Origin: Fidelibacterota bacterium
GTDB lineage: Bacteria; Fidelibacterota; Marinisomatia; Marinisomatales; TCS55
Assembly: GCA_027251445.1 (NCBI GenBank)
Contig: JAPNQO010000086.1
Coordinates: 1-20,222 of the forward strand
Reading direction: 5' to 3'
Length of the DNA stretch: 20,222 nucleotides
Position numbers and translations under genes: made by a program. Of this stretch, positions 15,737 through 20,222 are shown one piece after another. Below the pieces are notes generated by a model. That model was not told the DNA's origin and did no database searches. It saw only the letters and a list, made by a program, of their open reading frames with translations. Positions within the stretch are counted from its first letter, which is position 1, and the number at the start of each line of letters is the position of its first letter.

Positions 15737-17080
15737 ATGGTTGATCCAAAAAATGTGCATTCAATGATAGGTAAGCATATGCTAGCCGATGGAATGGAGC
15801 AAGTTATAGATTTAAATAAAAGTCATGGTTCTTGGTTGGTTGATGCACGTGATGGTAAAGAGTATTTAGATTTATTTTCAATGTTTGCCTCTATGCCTAT
15901 TGGATACAATCATCCATTATTACTAGAAAACAAAGAAAGATTAATAGCTCCAACATTAAATAAAATAACTAACTCTGATATTTATTCAACTGAAATGGCT
16001 GAATTTGTTTCAACTATGGGACGAATTGCACAGCCTGATTATTTGCCTTATGCCTTTTATGTAGAGGGGGGCGCGTTAGCGGTTGAAAATGCATTGAAAG
16101 CTGCTTTTGATTGGAAAGTTCGTAAAAATTTAGCTGCAGGAATAGGTGAAAAAGGTTCAAAGATTATTCATTTTAAAGAATGTTTTCATGGAAGAACTGG
16201 CTATACCATGAGTATGACCGATTCTCCTGACCCTAGAAAGACCATGTATTATCCACAATTTGATTGGCCTCGAATTGATAATCCAACTATTAATTTTCCT
16301 CTTGATGAAGAATCGTTAAATAAAGTAATACAAGCTGAAAATACTGCAGTCGATCAAATTTTAGAGGCTTTAGATAAAAATAAAAATGAAATTGCTGGTT
16401 TAATAATTGAACCAATACAGGGTGAGGGTGGTGACAATCATTTTAGATGTGAATTTTTTCAACAATTAAGGCAATTAGCCGATGAGCATGAATTTCTTTT
16501 AATTTATGATGAAGTGCAAACGGGAGCTGGAATTACTGGTTCTATGTGGGCTCATCAGCAGTTTAATCCGAATAAGTGCAATTGTGACTGTAATAACGCT
16601 AATACACAACCTGATATTATTAGTTTTGGTAAGAAGACTCAAGTTTGCGGAATTTTTGCTGGTAAAAAACTAGATGAAGTTGAAAATAATGTTTTTCATG
16701 AATCGAGTCGATTGAACTCAACGTGGGGTGGAAATATAGTAGATATGGTTCGAATTACTATTTATCTAGAAATAATTGCTAAAGAAAAATTAGTTGAAAA
16801 TGCTTCTTTAAATGGTCATTATCTTCTAAAGAAACTTCAGGGTATTCAAGAAGAGTATAGTGACATTATAAGTAATGCCCGTGGAAGAGGATTATTTGCC
16901 GCGTTTGATTTACAAGACTCTGAACAAAGAGATTCCTTAGTAAATTTAATTATTTCAGAAGGTGCTCTTATTCTTGGTTCAGGAAAAAAATCAATTCGAT
17001 TTCGTCCTCATTTAACTATTTCTAAGGAAGAAATAGATCTTGCTGATCAGATTATCAGGAGAGCTATTGCTCGATTGTGA
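15737..17080 (+). CDS. lat: L-lysine 6-transaminase (class III PLP aminotransferase)
   Basis: HMLADG, YLDLFSMFAS, GGALAVENALKAAFDWK, FHGRTGYTMS, EPIQGEGGD, DEVQTG, PLP-lysine motif DIISFGKK and SRLNSTWGGN. Confidence 0.92.
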   Translation: MVDPKNVHSMIGKHMLADGMEQVIDLNKSHGSWLVDARDGKEYLDLFSMFASMPIGYNHPLLLENKERLIAPTLNKITNSDIYSTEMAEFVSTMGRIAQPDYLPYAFYVEGGALAVENALKAAFDWKVRKNLAAGIGEKGSKIIHFKECFHGRTGYTMSMTDSPDPRKTMYYPQFDWPRIDNPTINFPLDEESLNKVIQAENTAVDQILEALDKNKNEIAGLIIEPIQGEGGDNHFRCEFFQQLRQLADEHEFLLIYDEVQTGAGITGSMWAHQQFNPNKCNCDCNNANTQPDIISFGKKTQVCGIFAGKKLDEVENNVFHESSRLNSTWGGNIVDMVRITIYLEIIAKEKLVENASLNGHYLLKKLQGIQEEYSDIISNARGRGLFAAFDLQDSEQRDSLVNLIISEGALILGSGKKSIRFRPHLTISKEEIDLADQIIRRAIARL

Positions 17081-17778
17081 CACATAATTCTTTTGGCACT
17101 CTCTACATTGTTTCAACACCTATAGGAAATTTAAAAGATATTACATTTCGGGCGGTTGAAATATTATCTTCCGTTTCAATGATTGCTGCTGAGGATACCC
17201 GGCATTCTAATAAACTTTTGCAACATTATGATATTTCTACTCCATCAATAAGTTTTTTTGAACATAATCGATCAGCACGTATTCCACAAATAATGAATTA
17301 TTTGAAGAAAGGTGATCATGTTGCTTTAATTAGCGATGCTGGTACTCCCGGGATCAGTGACCCCGCATACAAACTAATACGTGAAGCCATCGCAGAAGAA
17401 ATCACTATTGAATCTATTCCAGGGCCAACTGCTTTAATAGCAGCTATTGTTAGTTCAGGTTTACCAACAGACCGTTTTATTTTTGAGGGCTTTTTACCTC
17501 CGAAGAAAGGTAGAAAAAAAAGGTTGATGAACCTTGTAAATCAAGATGCCACAATAATATTTTATGAAAGTCCGTATAGACTAATTAAGACCTTAGAAGA
17601 GATTAATGAAATTATTGGTAATAGACCTGCAGTTATAGCAAGAGAACTAACAAAAATGAATGAAGAAATTATTCGTGGAACTGTTTCGGAAATATTATCG
17701 TATTTTACTAATAAGAAACCACGCGGTGAATTTGTAATAATGATAGGAAAAAACGATTCAAATGTCTTCTTTAAATAA
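17077..17778 (+). CDS. rsmI: 16S rRNA (cytidine1402-2'-O)-methyltransferase
   Basis: LYIVSTPIGNLKDIT.RA, AEDTR, SDAGTPGISDP, FEGFLP, YESPYR and ARELTK. GTG start overlaps the lat stop (GTGA). Confidence 0.95.
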   Translation: MTHNSFGTLYIVSTPIGNLKDITFRAVEILSSVSMIAAEDTRHSNKLLQHYDISTPSISFFEHNRSARIPQIMNYLKKGDHVALISDAGTPGISDPAYKLIREAIAEEITIESIPGPTALIAAIVSSGLPTDRFIFEGFLPPKKGRKKRLMNLVNQDATIIFYESPYRLIKTLEEINEIIGNRPAVIARELTKMNEEIIRGTVSEILSYFTNKKPRGEFVIMIGKNDSNVFFK

Positions 17779-18397
17779 GGCTAAGTTTATTACGTTTGAA
17801 GGCATTGATGGTTGCGGCAAGTCTACGCAAGCAAGGATGCTCTTAGATGAATTAAATAATTCTTATTCTATAGATACCATTCTTGTTCGTGAACCTGGGG
17901 GAACATCTATTTCTGAATCTATACGTGATATTTTACTTGATAGTAATAGAGGAGATCTAGGTGATCGCTCCGAGTCTTTATTAATGACTGCAAGTCGAGC
18001 TCAATTAACGCAGGATGTTATTATTCCTAATCTAGAATTAGGTAAGTTTGTTATTGCTGATAGATATAGTGATTCTACATTAGCCTATCAAGGTGGAGGA
18101 AGAGGTATTGATATTGACTGGTTAATTGATTTAAATAATTATGCTACCTTTGCATTGGTTCCTGATATTACATTTTTAATAGATATACGACCTGAAGAAG
18201 CTTTACGAAGGATGGATAATAATTCAGATAGAATTGAAGGAGAGGGCATTGAATTTCAATCCCGTGTCCGTAAAACGTATCATGAATTAGCAGAAAAGTT
18301 TCAGGATCGTTTTGTGTTATTGGATGGTCATAATACAATCGATGATATCCAACAAAAATTGTTAAATGAAATAAAAAGAAGAAATTTAATTTTATGA
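17762..18397 (+). CDS. tmk: Thymidylate (dTMP) kinase
   Basis: FITFEGIDGCGKSTQ P-loop, REPGGT and DRYSDSTLAYQG. Confidence 0.96.
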   Translation: MSSLNKAKFITFEGIDGCGKSTQARMLLDELNNSYSIDTILVREPGGTSISESIRDILLDSNRGDLGDRSESLLMTASRAQLTQDVIIPNLELGKFVIADRYSDSTLAYQGGGRGIDIDWLIDLNNYATFALVPDITFLIDIRPEEALRRMDNNSDRIEGEGIEFQSRVRKTYHELAEKFQDRFVLLDGHNTIDDIQQKLLNEIKRRNLIL

Positions 18398-20073
18398 AAT
18401 ACAAGATAAGACCACATATGCGTTCAACGATCTTTCTCTCTTTATTTTTAATAAGTATTCTCTCTTTTGCTTTCACAAAATCAGATGTATATCGAGAACT
18501 TGCACGTTCGCAACGCTTAATTAATGAAGTGTATAAATCATTAATTACTCGCTATGCAGATCGGTTAGATACAGAAAAATTTACTAAGATTGTAATTAAT
18601 AACATTCTTGATGATTTAGACCCCTATACTGTTTATATGGAAGAAGATGAGAAAGAGGGATTGGATTTATTGACAAAAGGAAAATATGGCGGTGTAGGTA
18701 TAAACCTTGGAGTTCGCGAAAAGAAACTTACCGTTATATCTCCTATGGATAATTCTCCTGCGAAAAGAAAAGGTGTAATATCAGGAGACATTATTGTAAA
18801 AATTGATGGTTTATTAACAAAAGAAATGTCTCTGGATGATGCTGCAAAGCATATCCGTGGTCCCAAAGGAACAGATGTAACGCTTTCTATTAAACGTTTT
18901 GGTGATGATAAATTAATTGATTTTATATTAACACGGGATGATATCACTGTTAAAGACGTTGCATATACTGGTATGCTTGAAGGTGATATTGGCTATATAC
19001 GTCTGACTCGATTTTCAAAAAATTCTGGTCCAGAAATGCGTTCTGCAATTAAAAATCTAGAAAGTGAAGATGCGTCTCGTATTATTATTGATCTACGTGA
19101 TAATCCGGGAGGTTTATTGCAGTCAGCCATTGAAATATTAGATATGATATTACCAAAGGGTAGTAATCTATTATCCACGAAAGGACGATTACCGGAGTCC
19201 AATAAGCAGTATGTTTCAAGAAAAGACCCAATGCTTGATGAGGATATAAAAATTGCTATTCTAATTAATGAAGGAAGTGCATCGGCAAGTGAAATAATTG
19301 CTGGAGCAGTACAGGATTTAGATAGAGGCGTGATTGTAGGGACACGCTCATTTGGTAAAGGACTTGTACAGTCCGTATATGGATTAGATGGTAGCGGAAA
19401 AAGAAATTTAAAAGTCACAACGGCTAAATACTATATTCCCAGTGGAAGGTTAATTCAAAAACCAGGATATATAAAAGATGATGTAATTCTTAATGAAGAT
19501 AAAGAGGATACGTTATTTTACACGATTGGTGGAAGAAAAGTAAAAGGCGGTGGAGGAATTTCTCCAGATTATGAAGTTAAAATGCCAAAAGCTACTCCCT
19601 TAGTTTTAGAATGTTGGCGAAAAGGACTATTTTTTAATTTTGCACAGGAACGACAACACAGATATGATAGTTATGAAGATGCATTAGTCGATGTAACAAT
19701 TTTGGATGATTTTAAATCTTATATACAGGATCAAGATCTGGATGTTTCTACAGAAGGGGAAAAAGAACTTGAAAAAGCACGAAAGAAAATACTTTCTTTG
19801 GATAGTACGAATATGGACCTAACTCATGCATTTGATTTTGTAGAAACATTTATTATAGATCGAGAAGCAACATTATATGATGAAGAAGTTGATTTAATTA
19901 AAAGAAGGTTGTTTTTGGAAATGGTTGGTATCATGAAAGGTTCAGAGTTCCGTGTTAAAGAATCGATAAAAGATGACCCAATTGTAATGAAAGCAAAGGA
20001 AATCTTACAGGATCCAATAGCCTATACTAGCTCATTTATTCCTGATGAAGGAACTGATACTATCAGTAATTAG
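18394..20073 (+). CDS. ctpA: S41 family C-terminal processing protease with PDZ domain
   Basis: N-terminal signal/TM segment, LDPYT, PDZ YGGVGI...SPA, DLRDNPGGLL, catalytic Ser in GSASASEI, Lys in SFGKG, and TTAKYYIPSGR. An alternative start at the second Met (18418) is possible. Confidence 0.92.
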   Translation: MKYKIRPHMRSTIFLSLFLISILSFAFTKSDVYRELARSQRLINEVYKSLITRYADRLDTEKFTKIVINNILDDLDPYTVYMEEDEKEGLDLLTKGKYGGVGINLGVREKKLTVISPMDNSPAKRKGVISGDIIVKIDGLLTKEMSLDDAAKHIRGPKGTDVTLSIKRFGDDKLIDFILTRDDITVKDVAYTGMLEGDIGYIRLTRFSKNSGPEMRSAIKNLESEDASRIIIDLRDNPGGLLQSAIEILDMILPKGSNLLSTKGRLPESNKQYVSRKDPMLDEDIKIAILINEGSASASEIIAGAVQDLDRGVIVGTRSFGKGLVQSVYGLDGSGKRNLKVTTAKYYIPSGRLIQKPGYIKDDVILNEDKEDTLFYTIGGRKVKGGGGISPDYEVKMPKATPLVLECWRKGLFFNFAQERQHRYDSYEDALVDVTILDDFKSYIQDQDLDVSTEGEKELEKARKKILSLDSTNMDLTHAFDFVETFIIDREATLYDEEVDLIKRRLFLEMVGIMKGSEFRVKESIKDDPIVMKAKEILQDPIAYTSSFIPDEGTDTISN

Positions 20074-20152
20074 TCTATTCCTTTTCTAAGAATAATTTTA
20101 TATTAAAATGCTTTGAATAATCAGATTTCTCGACGAATTTCTGCTCCACTTG

Positions 20153-20222
20153 GGGCGATTAGCTCAGGTGGTTAGAGTGCTTGCTTGACATGCAAGAGGT
20201 CACTGGTTCAAGTCCAGTATCG
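20153..20222 (+). tRNA. tRNA-Val (anticodon GAC), 3' end truncated by the window edge
   Basis: Acceptor 5' strand GGGCGAT, D arm GCTC-AGGTGGTTA-GAGT, anticodon arm CTTGC-TT-GAC-AT-GCAAG (GAC at 20187-20189), T arm ACTGG-TTCAAGT-CCAGT, then ATCG of the acceptor 3' strand. Confidence 0.96.

Noticed and set aside
12469..19418. Shadow ORFs 12469-12651, 14616-15065, 15387-15764, 15470-15682, 18168-18476, 18633-18947 and 18993-19418
   Set aside because: They lie within or antisense to confidently assigned genes, and their composition is typical of antisense reading.
20095..20109. Inverted repeat ATTTTA-TAT-TAAAAT as a terminator after the S41 protease gene
   Set aside because: A six-bp all-AT stem is too weak and is expected by chance in this base composition.
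1..20222. Mobile elements, prophage or anti-phage defence genes
   Set aside because: No integrase, transposase, terminal repeats, phage structural genes or nuclease motifs were recognised, and base composition looks uniform by eye.

Overview
AT-rich (roughly one-third GC by eye), gene-dense bacterial chromosomal segment with many overlapping start/stop codons. I saw no mobile element or CRISPR array. Gene content and protein style suggest an FCB-related lineage such as Marinimicrobia (inference only). From left to right: (1) small genes encoding a SEC-C membrane protein with a duplicated His-rich repeat, a TerB-like protein, BolA, DUF1232/YkvA, a small Cys protein and a PEGA protein; (2) TPR lipoprotein-pyrK-pyrD-rlpA; (3) cdsA followed by a tightly coupled seven-gene uncharacterised cluster at 7477-14076, comprising a GlmL/MutL-like actin-fold ATPase, a barrel-sandwich/KOW protein, a small helical protein and four membrane proteins, with no B12 mutase in the window; (4) the lysine catabolic pair amaB/pcd-lat, then rsmI, tmk and an S41 protease; (5) tRNA-Val(GAC), cut off by the window edge. 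The best candidate for an undescribed system is the 7477-14076 cluster. It looks like an ATPase-coupled membrane complex containing two distant paralogues that appear to face opposite sides of the membrane.
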